A stretch of DNA of 43,522 bases from Aulosira sp. ZfuVER01 (GCA_034530615.2 JAVRCV020000011.1:1-43522); one strand, 5' to 3'; shown: positions 9,686 to 20,611, counted from the first letter of the stretch. Program-made: numbers and translations. Notes: generated from the letters alone by a model not told the origin.

Positions 9686-10603
9686 ATGGACTTACCAATT
9701 ATTTATCACCCAGATTACATTGCCCCGCTACCGCCAGGACATCGCTTTCCGATGGCTAAGTTCCGTCAACTATACGAATTGCTATTAGCTGATGCTGTGG
9801 TGCAAATCGAACAATGTCATACCCCAAAACGTCCGCCACCAGAGTTGATAGAGTTGGTTCACACTTCAGACTATGTTCACGCTTATTGTGAGGGAACCTT
9901 GGATGTTAAAGCCCAACGGCGCATTGGTTTACCTTGGAGTCCAGCACTGGCGAATCGTACCTGTGTAGCGGTCGGTGGTACAATACTCACTGCCCAACTA
10001 GCACTAAGTCAGGGTTTAGCTTGCAATACAGCGGGTGGAACTCACCACGCTTTTCCCAGTTATGGATCTGGTTTTTGTATTTTCAATGATTTAGCGATCG
10101 CATCCCGCGTTTTACAAAAACTCGGACTTGTGCAAAAAATTTTAATTGTGGATTTAGATGTACACCAAGGCGACGGAACAGCATTTATTTTCCAAGAAGA
10201 CGAAAGCGTGTTCACATTTTCGATGCATTGTGAAGTCAATTTTCCTGGCACCAAACAGAAAAGCGATTTGGATGTTCCCCTACCAGTAGGCATGGAAGAT
10301 GACGCCTACCTGCAAACCTTAGCAAAGTATTTACCAGATTTATTATCGCAAGTGCAGCCAGATTTAGTTTTTTATGATGCCGGAGTTGATCCTCATGTAG
10401 GCGATCGCCTGGGAAAATTAGCTTTAACCGACACTGGCATTTTCCGTCGAGAAATGCAGGTTTTGAGTACTTGTGTGAGTTCCGGCTACCCCATCGCCTG
10501 CGTCATTGGTGGCGGTTACGCCGATGATTTGAACTCCCTCGTCTGGCGACACTCACTACTGCATCGTGCTGCCAGTCAAATTTATCGACAATATAAACTC
10601 TAA
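9686..10603 (+). CDS. Histone deacetylase family protein (HDAC11-like/AcuC-like)
   Basis: HRFPM, GGTHHA, GFCIFND, DLDVHQGDGT, AGVD..D.LG and GGGY motifs. Confidence 0.95.
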   Translation: MDLPIIYHPDYIAPLPPGHRFPMAKFRQLYELLLADAVVQIEQCHTPKRPPPELIELVHTSDYVHAYCEGTLDVKAQRRIGLPWSPALANRTCVAVGGTILTAQLALSQGLACNTAGGTHHAFPSYGSGFCIFNDLAIASRVLQKLGLVQKILIVDLDVHQGDGTAFIFQEDESVFTFSMHCEVNFPGTKQKSDLDVPLPVGMEDDAYLQTLAKYLPDLLSQVQPDLVFYDAGVDPHVGDRLGKLALTDTGIFRREMQVLSTCVSSGYPIACVIGGGYADDLNSLVWRHSLLHRAASQIYRQYKL

Positions 10604-10687
10604 ATCTTTCCTTGCCTCTCTGCGCCTCTGCGTCTCCGCGTGAGATTTTATAATTAGAACTTCCGCGCAAGTAACCCAAGTTACTGG

Positions 10688-13600
10688 ATGAACAACACCA
10701 AAATCAGAATCTACGAACTCTCAACCGAATTAAAAGTAGACAGCAAGAAGCTACTAGCAATTTGTGCTGAACTCAACATTGTAGCCAAAAGCCCCAGCAG
10801 TTCAATCTCAGAATTCGAGGCTGAACGAGTTCGCAAAGTCGCCAAACCACCCGCCGCAAAGGTTGCTTCTCTTCCAGCAAATTCCTCAAGGATGAAAAAA
10901 GCCTCAGAAGATTGGGGCTATATGTTCGTAAATTCCACAATTGATAGTTTTATCCGCCATCTTGAAAGCGCGGCTGCGGTTGCAGAATATCCCGAATTTG
11001 GGGAACGCCGAGAATATGCCCACGAGTTAATGTATGAATGTTTCGGTCAAAAGCCTTGTCTATTTTATGTCCGTCGCAAGGGCGCTGGACGAGCTGCAAA
11101 AGAAGAAATTTGGGATTTAGTCGTAGCGACAGACTCAGAAGATAGTAAATTACCCCTCAGACTTCAGAAGCTAGGAAAAACTTTAGGATTTAAAGCCGCA
11201 GTCCAACCAAATAGTGACAACGGTTTAAAAATACTGTCTGCTTATTTACTCCAAACCTCACGGGGACAAGCCGATGCTTATGCTGTACCCTTTCGCTTAC
11301 GGCTGTTGCCCAACCATGAGCATCATATCGGGCTTCCCTCATCAGTCTTTACACGCATGGTTGCTGCGCCAGTATGTGGCGACTATGTGCCTACAGAAGA
11401 ACAACTCAAAGCTTGGAAAGCATTTTTGCAAATTGAAGAAAGAATTGCTCAAGCACGTCAATTCTGTGTACCTTATACAAACCACAACTACAACTTCAAA
11501 AGGCGAATCAGTTTTGAAATTGATGTCACATCAGCAACCCTTGACGGTTCTAACGAAAATCCCTTAGATGAAAGCAACTTTTGGGAACGGGTAAGAAAAG
11601 CCAAAAACGATGACATAAAGCTGTTTGAGGTTGCACCCACAGGAAAAAACTGGCAACAAAGCCGCTTGTTAGGATCTATTGAAGAAATTGACCCCAAGCG
11701 CTGCATTATCAGCGTCAGGCTGGAACGTGACTTAGCTGACTACATAGCAAGCGGACGTTATCAGTTTCCCAACACTGGATTTTTGTGTTTTGAAGCACTG
11801 GGCGACATTAGACAAATTCAACGCAAGAAAAAAGCCTTAGACGATTTGAATAATGGTCGCACTCAAAATCCTTACTTGGGGAATTTCTTATTCGACGCTT
11901 CTCAAGCTAGACCAATTCAAAAAACTGTCCAACTAAAACCACAGGATTTATTACTGTCCTCTGCTAACCCTGGTCAAAAAGCAGCAGTAGAAACAGTACT
12001 TTCTGCCGAGGATCTGGTTTTGATTCAAGGGCCACCTGGTACAGGCAAAACTACCGTAATTGCTGAGATTTGCTATCAAATTGCGCTACGAGGTGGACGT
12101 ACTCTGATAGCTTCTCAAGCTAATTTAGCAGTTGATAACGCCCTCAGCCGATTAGTTCATAACCCTGTAATTCGGGCGATACGCAAAGGACGCGCCGAAA
12201 AAGTCGGGGAGGAAGGACAGCCATTTTTAGAAGACCAAGTTATTGGGACTTGGTTAGATAATACTGCTACTGATTGTGAGAATAATCTCCGTAAACGCCA
12301 CAAAAATGTAGATATTTTCCGTCAATTGTTGGCATCATCACAAAGATTTGCTGCTTACTTCCAAGTAGAAGAAGAATTTCAGCAGAGTCAGCAAGAAGTA
12401 AATCAACTCCAGCCACAATTAGAGATTGCTTTAAAAAAGCAAGAATCACTTTATCAGGAAGCCTTAGCCAAAAAAACTGAAGTAGAAACTTTGTTTTCTG
12501 GCTTAGAAAGCCTCCTCAATGCTCCCAATATTGTTAATTGGGAAGCTCCAGAAGTTACAAACTTCCTACCTCATCTTAGACCCTATACAGAAGGTAACGA
12601 TTTAGTCAAAACTTTTTTAGTAAATGTCAGTAAAGCCATTAGCTTGACGAATATACTTGGCTTTGTTCAACCTCAATGTGGTGCTTTTGGATTAGCCGTT
12701 TGGCTACGTGAAACTATAGCAGAGGGAATTCCAGAATTTAGAACTGCGCTAATTTATGCTCAGGGTGCAAATGTAGCAATGTTAGAAGTTGCAGCAGCCG
12801 TAGAAGTTTTTAAACAGCACTCTAATAATTTACATCAGTTGCAAAAAGAGCATCAGCAATTTTTTAGCAAACAGCAAAGTCTACAACAAACAATCCAAAC
12901 TTGGGAAAATCGCCAACAAGAAATCGAATTAGCGATCAACGCCGTTAAAGAGTGGAAGTCTACGGCGAATTCACGCATATCGGAAATTTTGGATAATTCT
13001 CGACAGACTACTCAAGCATTAACAGTAGATTTGATGCAATTACCACCGGAATTAGTGATGCTGGCTAATTCATTAAAAATCTCACTGATGCCAGGCAACT
13101 ATACAGTTAATCTACCAGACTGGGATTTATTAGCGAAAGCAATAACTTATGAAATAGAGGGTAATTTTACCGACAGAAAAGGTAAACAACATAGTTTTGG
13201 CTATTTTTTACAGCAAAATTTTAGCCAAATTCCTTTGTTATTAGAAATGAGTGAGCGCACTCAGTGGCAAGAAATTTATCAACAATTTAATAACTATCAA
13301 TATCTCACGGTAAATCAGCGAAAAACTCTAGTTGAAACAACTCAAATTCTTTTAAACAGAATTCAACAAACTTATGGTGCTGCTTGGGAACCAGATAATA
13401 GCGAATCTACTCTCAGCCGAATTACCCAAGAACTCATAGACAGCATCTTAGCAAATGCCAGACAATGTGTTTTCAAAGTCAAAACTGAAACAGAACAGCA
13501 GATCCAACATCTGCAACAACAATTAAATGAACTACAAAATAATGAGATTGCCCAAACGCAAATATTAAATGCTCAACACTCTATAGAAACAGCCAGACAA

Positions 13601-15190
13601 GATGCTAATCTAAAACTTGCAAGAGTTATCAATATTTTGCAAGAACTCAACCAACAGTCAAACGTTCCTAATCAATTACGTACTTTAGCTGAAAAATATC
13701 TCACAACCCAAGCAAATATTTGGGAAAAACCTCAAGAATTCTCCAAGCACGTTCATTATTGGATAAATCATCTCAGTCAGCTTGAAACTTTGATTACATC
13801 ACTAGAGCCTTTTGCTGTATTAGAAGATATTAAAATTACTTTATTTGAACATTTATCAAAGTTACAGGAAGAAACTACAATTTTTCAACAACAACTTAAT
13901 AGCCTAAAAATAGAAATAGCTGAAATTACCCAAAAAGCACAACCGCAGCCATCAGAAAATTTGTTATTAGAAAGAAAATGGTGGGAGATAGAATGGCAAG
14001 CCATACACGATAAATTTAAGCCAAAAACCACCCCTAATAACTTGTGCGATTTAGAATTTTTACGTGGCATCAAATCTCAGTTTGACTCTTGGCAAAAGCA
14101 ACTCACTCAGGATGAAACTCATCTCAACAAATATCAAGGATTCATCCAAGATTGGATTGAAAAAGTACGCAACCCATCTGAGCGCGATCGCAATGATTTA
14201 AGACAAATTTATTTAGATAATTCTAACGTCGTTGGTATCACCTGTGTACAAGCAGCAGGTCGAGATTTTTCGGAAGAATTTCAATCCTTTGATGTCGTCA
14301 TTGTTGATGAGGTTAGCAAGTGTACTCCACCAGAGTTACTTATCCCAGCCTTAAAGGGTAAAAAGTTAGTTATGGTAGGCGACCATAAACAACTACCACC
14401 GATGCTGGATACTAGCACTTTAGAAGAAGTTGTTCAAGAAATTGGCAGTACACGAGATGAACTGCAATTTTTAGAAGAATCGCTATTTAAAAGTCAATTT
14501 GAAGATGCAGATCAAAGCATCAAACAAATGTTAACTACCCAATATCGAATGCATCCTTATATTATGGGTGCAATCAATCAATTTTATGAGGGTAAACTAG
14601 AATGCGGGATTTTACAGCCTGATATTAAACGCGCTCATGATTTAGCAGGTGAAATCATTCAAGCAGAACATCATTTACTTTGGGTTAAAATGCCCAGAGA
14701 AAATGAATTTCAAGAACAGCGTGAAGGAACTTCCTTATTTAATCTTCAGGAAATTGATGTAATTGAAGCTTTGTGTCAGCAATTTGAAAATACTTGGGCT
14801 GCGAAAGTTGCTTGTGGCGAACCTAAAAAAGAAATCGCCGTAATTACATTTTATGGCGCTCAACTGAGAAAAATTGATGAACGCTTACAATCAGAACTTT
14901 TCCCTTCATTGCAAATTCGGACTGGTACAGTTGACAGATTTCAAGGTATGGAACGCCCAGTTGTAATTGTAAGTATGGTTCGCAACAATAATAAGGGAGA
15001 TGTAGGATTTGCGAAAAAGCCAGAACGGGTGAATGTAGCTTTTTCTCGCGCTCAAGAATTACTGGTAATTGTGGGTTGTCACGATTTATTTACCCAACAA
15101 CCAGGTAAAGTGGGCAATATGTACTCAGAGGTTGCCAATATTGTAAATCATCATGGAGGTTTCGTTGATGTTTCACGCATCCTCGGCTAA
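10688..15190 (+). CDS. Upf1/DNA2/MOV10-like superfamily 1 helicase (AAA_11/AAA_12) with N-terminal IF2-N-like domain and long coiled-coil insertion
   Basis: [10 protein letters not shown] (Walker A), [10 protein letters not shown] (Ia), VIVDEVSK (Walker B), VGDHKQLPP (III), LTTQYRMHP (IV), TVDRFQGME (V) and RVNVAFSRA (VI). The N-terminus [38 protein letters not shown] resembles the IF2 N-terminal subdomain. Confidence 0.92.
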   Translation: MNNTKIRIYELSTELKVDSKKLLAICAELNIVAKSPSSSISEFEAERVRKVAKPPAAKVASLPANSSRMKKASEDWGYMFVNSTIDSFIRHLESAAAVAEYPEFGERREYAHELMYECFGQKPCLFYVRRKGAGRAAKEEIWDLVVATDSEDSKLPLRLQKLGKTLGFKAAVQPNSDNGLKILSAYLLQTSRGQADAYAVPFRLRLLPNHEHHIGLPSSVFTRMVAAPVCGDYVPTEEQLKAWKAFLQIEERIAQARQFCVPYTNHNYNFKRRISFEIDVTSATLDGSNENPLDESNFWERVRKAKNDDIKLFEVAPTGKNWQQSRLLGSIEEIDPKRCIISVRLERDLADYIASGRYQFPNTGFLCFEALGDIRQIQRKKKALDDLNNGRTQNPYLGNFLFDASQARPIQKTVQLKPQDLLLSSANPGQKAAVETVLSAEDLVLIQGPPGTGKTTVIAEICYQIALRGGRTLIASQANLAVDNALSRLVHNPVIRAIRKGRAEKVGEEGQPFLEDQVIGTWLDNTATDCENNLRKRHKNVDIFRQLLASSQRFAAYFQVEEEFQQSQQEVNQLQPQLEIALKKQESLYQEALAKKTEVETLFSGLESLLNAPNIVNWEAPEVTNFLPHLRPYTEGNDLVKTFLVNVSKAISLTNILGFVQPQCGAFGLAVWLRETIAEGIPEFRTALIYAQGANVAMLEVAAAVEVFKQHSNNLHQLQKEHQQFFSKQQSLQQTIQTWENRQQEIELAINAVKEWKSTANSRISEILDNSRQTTQALTVDLMQLPPELVMLANSLKISLMPGNYTVNLPDWDLLAKAITYEIEGNFTDRKGKQHSFGYFLQQNFSQIPLLLEMSERTQWQEIYQQFNNYQYLTVNQRKTLVETTQILLNRIQQTYGAAWEPDNSESTLSRITQELIDSILANARQCVFKVKTETEQQIQHLQQQLNELQNNEIAQTQILNAQHSIETARQDANLKLARVINILQELNQQSNVPNQLRTLAEKYLTTQANIWEKPQEFSKHVHYWINHLSQLETLITSLEPFAVLEDIKITLFEHLSKLQEETTIFQQQLNSLKIEIAEITQKAQPQPSENLLLERKWWEIEWQAIHDKFKPKTTPNNLCDLEFLRGIKSQFDSWQKQLTQDETHLNKYQGFIQDWIEKVRNPSERDRNDLRQIYLDNSNVVGITCVQAAGRDFSEEFQSFDVVIVDEVSKCTPPELLIPALKGKKLVMVGDHKQLPPMLDTSTLEEVVQEIGSTRDELQFLEESLFKSQFEDADQSIKQMLTTQYRMHPYIMGAINQFYEGKLECGILQPDIKRAHDLAGEIIQAEHHLLWVKMPRENEFQEQREGTSLFNLQEIDVIEALCQQFENTWAAKVACGEPKKEIAVITFYGAQLRKIDERLQSELFPSLQIRTGTVDRFQGMERPVVIVSMVRNNNKGDVGFAKKPERVNVAFSRAQELLVIVGCHDLFTQQPGKVGNMYSEVANIVNHHGGFVDVSRILG

Positions 15191-17030
15191 ACCTATTGAT
15201 GATAGTCTTAGCAATATAGCTGAAGAAATTGAAACGCAAAATCCTAACTTATTAGTTTTAGCAGCGCGTCAATTACGCTATAGTTTGCATCAAACAACTG
15301 TAGAACTTACTATTACAGAACCCCGTCCATTTAACGTACTTGAAGAATTTATCATTCGTGCTGGGATTGAATTCGATCCACCCCCAACAGCTAATGAATT
15401 AGCATCCATACTTGGACTTGATATGGTATTTGTGCAAAGTACAATTGCAACTCTGCAAAAGTTGCAAACTCTAGCACAAAAATCACCAATTACAGTTACC
15501 GAGCAAGGGCGCTTATTTTATGAGAAAGGTTCTGTACCACAGCCTCCATATAGTGTACAAATTCAGGCGATTAGAGATTCTTTAGGCGAAACTGTAACTT
15601 TTCAGGCTGAACCATTAAATGAGGAAGTTATCAACCTGCCGAGTTTAGCTAATATTCTAAATATTAATTATAAAATTAATGAGATTTCTTCTTTAAGTTT
15701 GGAGCAAATCCAAACAAGTCTTCAGGCTTCAGGCGTAGCTCTTCATGTACCAGAAGCCGGAAAGCTTGTCACTGCTTTTAGGGTATTAGCTCCAACTCAA
15801 ATTATTTGGAGAAAAATAGCTCTTTTTGTAATTTTTAATGCTAAAGAAGATAAAATCAGCTTACAACTGCGACGAGGAAAGCAAATTTTAGATTCCCGGT
15901 CAAAATGGCTAGAAATATTGCTATCTGAAGGTAAAGTTGCTTTAGATGCTGTATGTAAATTATCAAACAAAAGCATCAATTTTGAGCAGGAAGCAGTTCT
16001 TAATTATAAAAATAGTGAAATTGAAGCCAGACTGGAAAAGATTCGTCAACAGGCTTTGGAAGTTAATAAAAAACAAGTTATACAGTTACGCGATCGCCAA
16101 ATTAATCAAACTTTTCTAGAAATTATCAATAAGGCAAAGCATCAGATTATTATCTACTCTCCTTGGCTAAATATTGTGGATGAGGAATTCCTGAATTTAC
16201 TACAGCAATCAGCCAAGCGCGGAGTTGGGATTTTACTTGGATATGGAATACGAGAAGAACAACAAATATCTCCAGAAATAGAGGAAAAACTACAAGCAAT
16301 CAAAACACCTGAAGGTTTACCCTCTGTACAGGTTGTTTGCTTGGGAGATTCCCATGTCAAAGAAGTAATAGTTGATGGAGAAATTTATCTTTGTGGTTCT
16401 TATCACTGGCTTTTCTCCGGAGGTTATCAACTACCAGTAGGCGAATTGGTGTACCAAGTAACAATTCCCCAGCAAGTTCAGGAAGCATATAAATTGCTCG
16501 CCAATCGCTTTCAAACCCACGCTCAACAATTATGGACAAAGGCTTTAGAAAGCCGTGATGTGCAAATAGCTGTAGAGGCTTTGTGCATTTGGGGTGCGCT
16601 GCGAATGGAAGAGATAGCAATTACAGAAATAGAGACAAATAACTGGCTGGAATTGTTACCAATATGGCTAAATGTGATACTTGCGGGGTTAAGGTCGAAT
16701 AATTTACCTGCTGATTCAAAATGTTTTGAATTGGCGCTTGCGTTGCTAAGTCAGGTTACAGGAGACGAGGTTTTTGTTGATTCCTTGCGAGAAGGATGGC
16801 GTCAAATTATGAATGCGATCGCCACACACAACCGCGATACAGCTTTAAATTTACTCAACAAAGAAGTGTGGTCGCAGTTTCTCCGTCTACAGATTGTCCA
16901 ACAAGACGATTCACTTGAGAATTTTATCTTGCAATCAAATTTACCGCAGCCGCAAAAGAAAGATAAACCCGCGACAAAGCCAAAAAAAGAACCAGCAGAA
17001 AAGAAGATGAGGAAAAAAGTTAAAGAATAG
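15153..17030 (+). CDS. Winged-helix plus phospholipase D-like (single HKD) nuclease-family protein
   Basis: IIIYSPW, then HVKEVIVD-(6)-GSYHW, matching HxKxxxxD..GSxN with N replaced by H. N-terminal [33 protein letters not shown] is wHTH-like, and the tail is Lys-rich. Overlaps the helicase stop (start 15153 or 15168). Confidence 0.75.
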   Translation: MEVSLMFHASSAKPIDDSLSNIAEEIETQNPNLLVLAARQLRYSLHQTTVELTITEPRPFNVLEEFIIRAGIEFDPPPTANELASILGLDMVFVQSTIATLQKLQTLAQKSPITVTEQGRLFYEKGSVPQPPYSVQIQAIRDSLGETVTFQAEPLNEEVINLPSLANILNINYKINEISSLSLEQIQTSLQASGVALHVPEAGKLVTAFRVLAPTQIIWRKIALFVIFNAKEDKISLQLRRGKQILDSRSKWLEILLSEGKVALDAVCKLSNKSINFEQEAVLNYKNSEIEARLEKIRQQALEVNKKQVIQLRDRQINQTFLEIINKAKHQIIIYSPWLNIVDEEFLNLLQQSAKRGVGILLGYGIREEQQISPEIEEKLQAIKTPEGLPSVQVVCLGDSHVKEVIVDGEIYLCGSYHWLFSGGYQLPVGELVYQVTIPQQVQEAYKLLANRFQTHAQQLWTKALESRDVQIAVEALCIWGALRMEEIAITEIETNNWLELLPIWLNVILAGLRSNNLPADSKCFELALALLSQVTGDEVFVDSLREGWRQIMNAIATHNRDTALNLLNKEVWSQFLRLQIVQQDDSLENFILQSNLPQPQKKDKPATKPKKEPAEKKMRKKVKE

Positions 17031-17989
17031 GAGCAGGATTTCATTTATTACTCGCAAAATAAATTAGACTCTTGCTCCCTGTGTGATGAGTTATACCCCT
17101 CTTCCCAACTCCATATAAAGATGCATATTATTAGCTTGCGGCGAGCGATAACGTGTAGCCTCACAGAGAATGGGTAAGTAAACATTTAGTTACAAAGGCG
17201 ACAGGCTACCGTGTGTTCCAGAAATAATGATTAAAAATTAACAAAAAAAAATCATCACTACTCAGCTAAAACATCCGGTTTTCTTGGCTTTGTATTGATA
17301 AATAAAAATATGAATGCGGGATAGAATGTTTTATAAATCAAGGAGTCTAAGAGATTGTTAGTGGTGTTAAGCATGAAATAAATGTGATAGTGAATACATT
17401 TTTTGCTCACCTCTACACATGAATCATTAGTATTTAACAAAATCTATTACTCATAGTTTTTTACTAGTTATCTATTGCACAATTAAGAATTTTTTATTTG
17501 CAGTAATAGTAACAACTTTAGTGCCATTGTTAATTTGAGAGTGAGTTGTCAAATGCTGCACCAACTACGAACACCTAATGTGATGAAGCGAAATTTCACA
17601 AGTGTTTAACACTCGTAACCTGAGCTACCACTTACTTGAATACAACACGATCGCGGTATGAATAAAATCATTAATTTTAGTTGCAGAGCTTGCAAGCCGA
17701 AAATAGGGCTAGATCAAAATACACACCCTAAGCAGTTAACATACACCTACGTAACTCTGCACAAAAGTGTAAAGATTGCATAGGGTAATCAGCCAGTTTT
17801 TAAAGGAACAGTAAAAGAGATAGTGCCATTTTGGCAGGTTTTATTAGGTTAGATGGGATATTAGTAGATAGTACGAATAATTATTGATATTCCTACATTA
17901 GTTGCTATCTACCGAAAACTGCTAGAGCTAGGCTAATCCTGAAATAGGTGATTTTGTCCGCAATTTTACGTACTAGGAAATAATAATAC

Positions 17990-19225
17990 ATGGTATTATC
18001 ACTGTCTTCTCAAAACGTTATCCAGTATCTGCAAGATGCAGGTCTGTGTAGCTCAGAAGATGGAGCATCAGGCGAATCTGAGTTACCAGACAGGAGTAAA
18101 AATTTCAATTTACTAGTAAATCTGGCAGATAATCGCAAACTACTTGTTAAACAAGAACGTAGCAATAATGATGATGGAACTTCTGATGAGTTTTTCAATG
18201 AATGGCTATTTCATCAATTGCTACAGCAGTTTCCGGTTATCGGTAATATTTCTGCGATCGCATCATTATTAATACATTTTGACGAGGAAAATTCTATCCT
18301 TGTCCGTAAATACTTAAGTGACTATCAAGATTTAGGAAGTTTCTACCAAAAAACTGATATTTTTGCAGATGATATTGCCTCAGCTATTGGTACTACATTG
18401 GCGGGGTTACACCGTGCTACTTTCAATGGTCGAGAGTATCGCGATTTTATGAACACTGCTCCCGCAGGACAGTTTCGTTATAACTTCTATAATCCAGCCC
18501 AAGGGATAGAGTCGATTACACCAGAGATTTTTGGCAGAGTTTCTACGGAAGCGTTGAAGTTTTATACTTTTTCTCAGCGTTACGAAAGTCTAGAATCAGC
18601 AATTGCAGACTTAGCATACGAATGGAATCCTTGCTGCTTAACTCATAACGATTTGCAGCTGAACAATATTTTGGTTCATTCACGGTGGCAGCAGCTTGAT
18701 AATTGCTTGGTAAGATTGATTGATTGGAAAGCTTGCGCTTGGGGAGATCCCGCTTTTGATTTGGGAACCTTAATAGCAAGCTATTTAGAAATTTGGCTTT
18801 CGAGTCTGGTAGTAGACTCTACTTTGGAGTTAGAAGAATCTCTGCACCTGGCGGTGACACCGCTGGAGGTTCTTCAGCCTTCAATCCTAGCTTTGATTCA
18901 GGGTTATCTCAATGCTTTCCCGATGATTTTGGAGTACCGCCATGATTTGATTTTGCGAGTTATCCAGTTTGCTGGATTAGCTTTAATTCATCAAATTCAG
19001 GACAAAATTAAATGTCACAAAGATTTCGATAATGCTGACATTTGTAAGCTGCAAGTTGCCAAAAATTTATTGACTATGCCAGAGCAAGGTATATTGACAG
19101 TTTTTGGTATTTCTGAGACAGAAATCTTAAAACCTGTGGCTAAAGTCCATAAACTTCCTCAACCAGAAAGAGAGAAGCAATTGGTTCGCCTTTATTACGA
19201 AAAAACCCGCCTACGCGGTTGTTAA
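17990..19225 (+). CDS. Aminoglycoside phosphotransferase-like kinase (LanK/TvaC-like)
   Basis: KNFNLLV..LLVKQE, LTHNDLQLNNILV and LIDWK..WGDPAFDLG. AGGA RBS upstream. Confidence 0.85.
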   Translation: MVLSLSSQNVIQYLQDAGLCSSEDGASGESELPDRSKNFNLLVNLADNRKLLVKQERSNNDDGTSDEFFNEWLFHQLLQQFPVIGNISAIASLLIHFDEENSILVRKYLSDYQDLGSFYQKTDIFADDIASAIGTTLAGLHRATFNGREYRDFMNTAPAGQFRYNFYNPAQGIESITPEIFGRVSTEALKFYTFSQRYESLESAIADLAYEWNPCCLTHNDLQLNNILVHSRWQQLDNCLVRLIDWKACAWGDPAFDLGTLIASYLEIWLSSLVVDSTLELEESLHLAVTPLEVLQPSILALIQGYLNAFPMILEYRHDLILRVIQFAGLALIHQIQDKIKCHKDFDNADICKLQVAKNLLTMPEQGILTVFGISETEILKPVAKVHKLPQPEREKQLVRLYYEKTRLRGC

Positions 19226-19387
19226 GCTAAATAAACCGAACTATTTACCATGCAAAATTGTATTTTTGCATTTGAAATTTTTATTCTATTCCTCACACAG
19301 AATAAGTTTGTATCAGGGAAGTCAAGCTCTTGACTATTTGTTGTTTGTCTAATTTCCCATTCTAAATTTTGAGGTTTTGATCAACTC

Positions 19388-20476
19388 ATGGTATATTCTT
19401 CTGTTCATCAACCACTAAACACCTTATTTGATATTGCTAGCAATATCCAAATTGAGTCGAACTTTTGTATTTACCATCCGAATTATCAACCATTTGCCTT
19501 GCCAGCGAAAATTGCAGATAGATTTCAGCAAAATTCCGCAGATTTACAAAATAAGTACCTCACTCTACTACTACGGAATTTTCTCTACGGTATCTATTAC
19601 AATGGCTCTCTGCAAAATATTTTGGCAGTCAATGGGGATTCTGCGAATCATCTACCACACCAAAATTTAGAAAATAATTCCACTCTAGGAATTGATGGGG
19701 AATTTTACGAACGGCTACATAACTGCAATCACGGTACAGGTTATTTTGACCCTAGTTGGGAAGTATTGCGGCAAGAACCTGATGGTAGCATGGCTGTGAA
19801 CAAGGGTGGATTGACACTGTACATCGAGCCAGACTGTCATCTTAAACCCCATTCTCAATCTGCAAAAGCAGGTGACTTGGTGTCAATATGGATGCCCAAG
19901 AATCGCTTGCAAAACGGCTGTTACTTGGCAGTTAGCAACTTCGGACAGGAAAGACAAGACAACCCAGAGAGTGATTTAGGCGCAGGGCGAATTTATTTTA
20001 ATATCACACCATTTGGTGCGATCGCTCTCATGGATAGTTTGACAATGGAATTGAACGAGGCGGGTATTCCTTTTAGCTTCCAGGTTCCCTACAATCCTTC
20101 TGCTTATGGGCGTTACGACGCCGGAGTACTCTACTTTGAACGTCACGACTATCTAGAAATTCGTGAAGTTCTACAAGCTGTGTATGCAGAACACGAATCC
20201 CATTTTTACCCCGACATACCCTTATTTACCAAGTTTTTGGCGCCAGGGTTAGGTTTAGCTGAAGAACCTATCAAAAAATTTGCCGCACAAGAAAGTTTTG
20301 GCATGAACCGCTGTCAAATTGTCGCTAATGGTTTGTTGGAAGCTTGGCACAAAGGTAAAAATGCTCTTGATGAACGGATGCACGCAATTAACCGACACTT
20401 TACCCGGCACTTAGTTGATGTGCAACGCCCCTACCTCAATCCTAGTTCTGAGGATATCTACTCGCCCTTAAACTAA
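19388..20476 (+). CDS. HopA1-family protein (LanY/TvaD-like phospho-Ser/Thr lyase fold)
   Basis: RIYFN, YGRYDAGVLYF, PLFTKFLAPGLGLAEEP and ESFGMNRCQIVA pattern. Adjacent to the APH kinase. Confidence 0.85.
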   Translation: MVYSSVHQPLNTLFDIASNIQIESNFCIYHPNYQPFALPAKIADRFQQNSADLQNKYLTLLLRNFLYGIYYNGSLQNILAVNGDSANHLPHQNLENNSTLGIDGEFYERLHNCNHGTGYFDPSWEVLRQEPDGSMAVNKGGLTLYIEPDCHLKPHSQSAKAGDLVSIWMPKNRLQNGCYLAVSNFGQERQDNPESDLGAGRIYFNITPFGAIALMDSLTMELNEAGIPFSFQVPYNPSAYGRYDAGVLYFERHDYLEIREVLQAVYAEHESHFYPDIPLFTKFLAPGLGLAEEPIKKFAAQESFGMNRCQIVANGLLEAWHKGKNALDERMHAINRHFTRHLVDVQRPYLNPSSEDIYSPLN

Positions 20477-20611
20477 TATCTCTACAATCGTCGAGTGGGT
20501 ACTGCATACCCTTGGACTGATATCTAAAAATTACTTGGTTACGGTAAGATTACTCTGTAGAGCAGGCTGATGGCTTGCTCTTTTTATGTTTGAATTTTTG
20601 AATCATTCAAT

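Noticed and set aside
10688..10855. Calling the 1500-aa gene infB (IF2)
   Set aside because: No translational GTPase motifs; the P-loop and downstream motifs are those of an SF1 helicase.
17258..17440. 60-aa minus-strand ORF as a RiPP precursor
   Set aside because: TTG start, AT-rich random-like composition, opposite strand to the enzymes, and no leader/core pattern.
19388..20476. Type III secretion effector
   Set aside because: HopA1 is only the family name. No T3SS genes are present, and pairing with an APH kinase points to a dehydratase-like role.
10688..20476. Recently acquired genomic island or prophage
   Set aside because: No integrase, transposase, tRNA or att-like repeats were seen, and HIP1 sites occur within all four genes, suggesting long residence in cyanobacteria.
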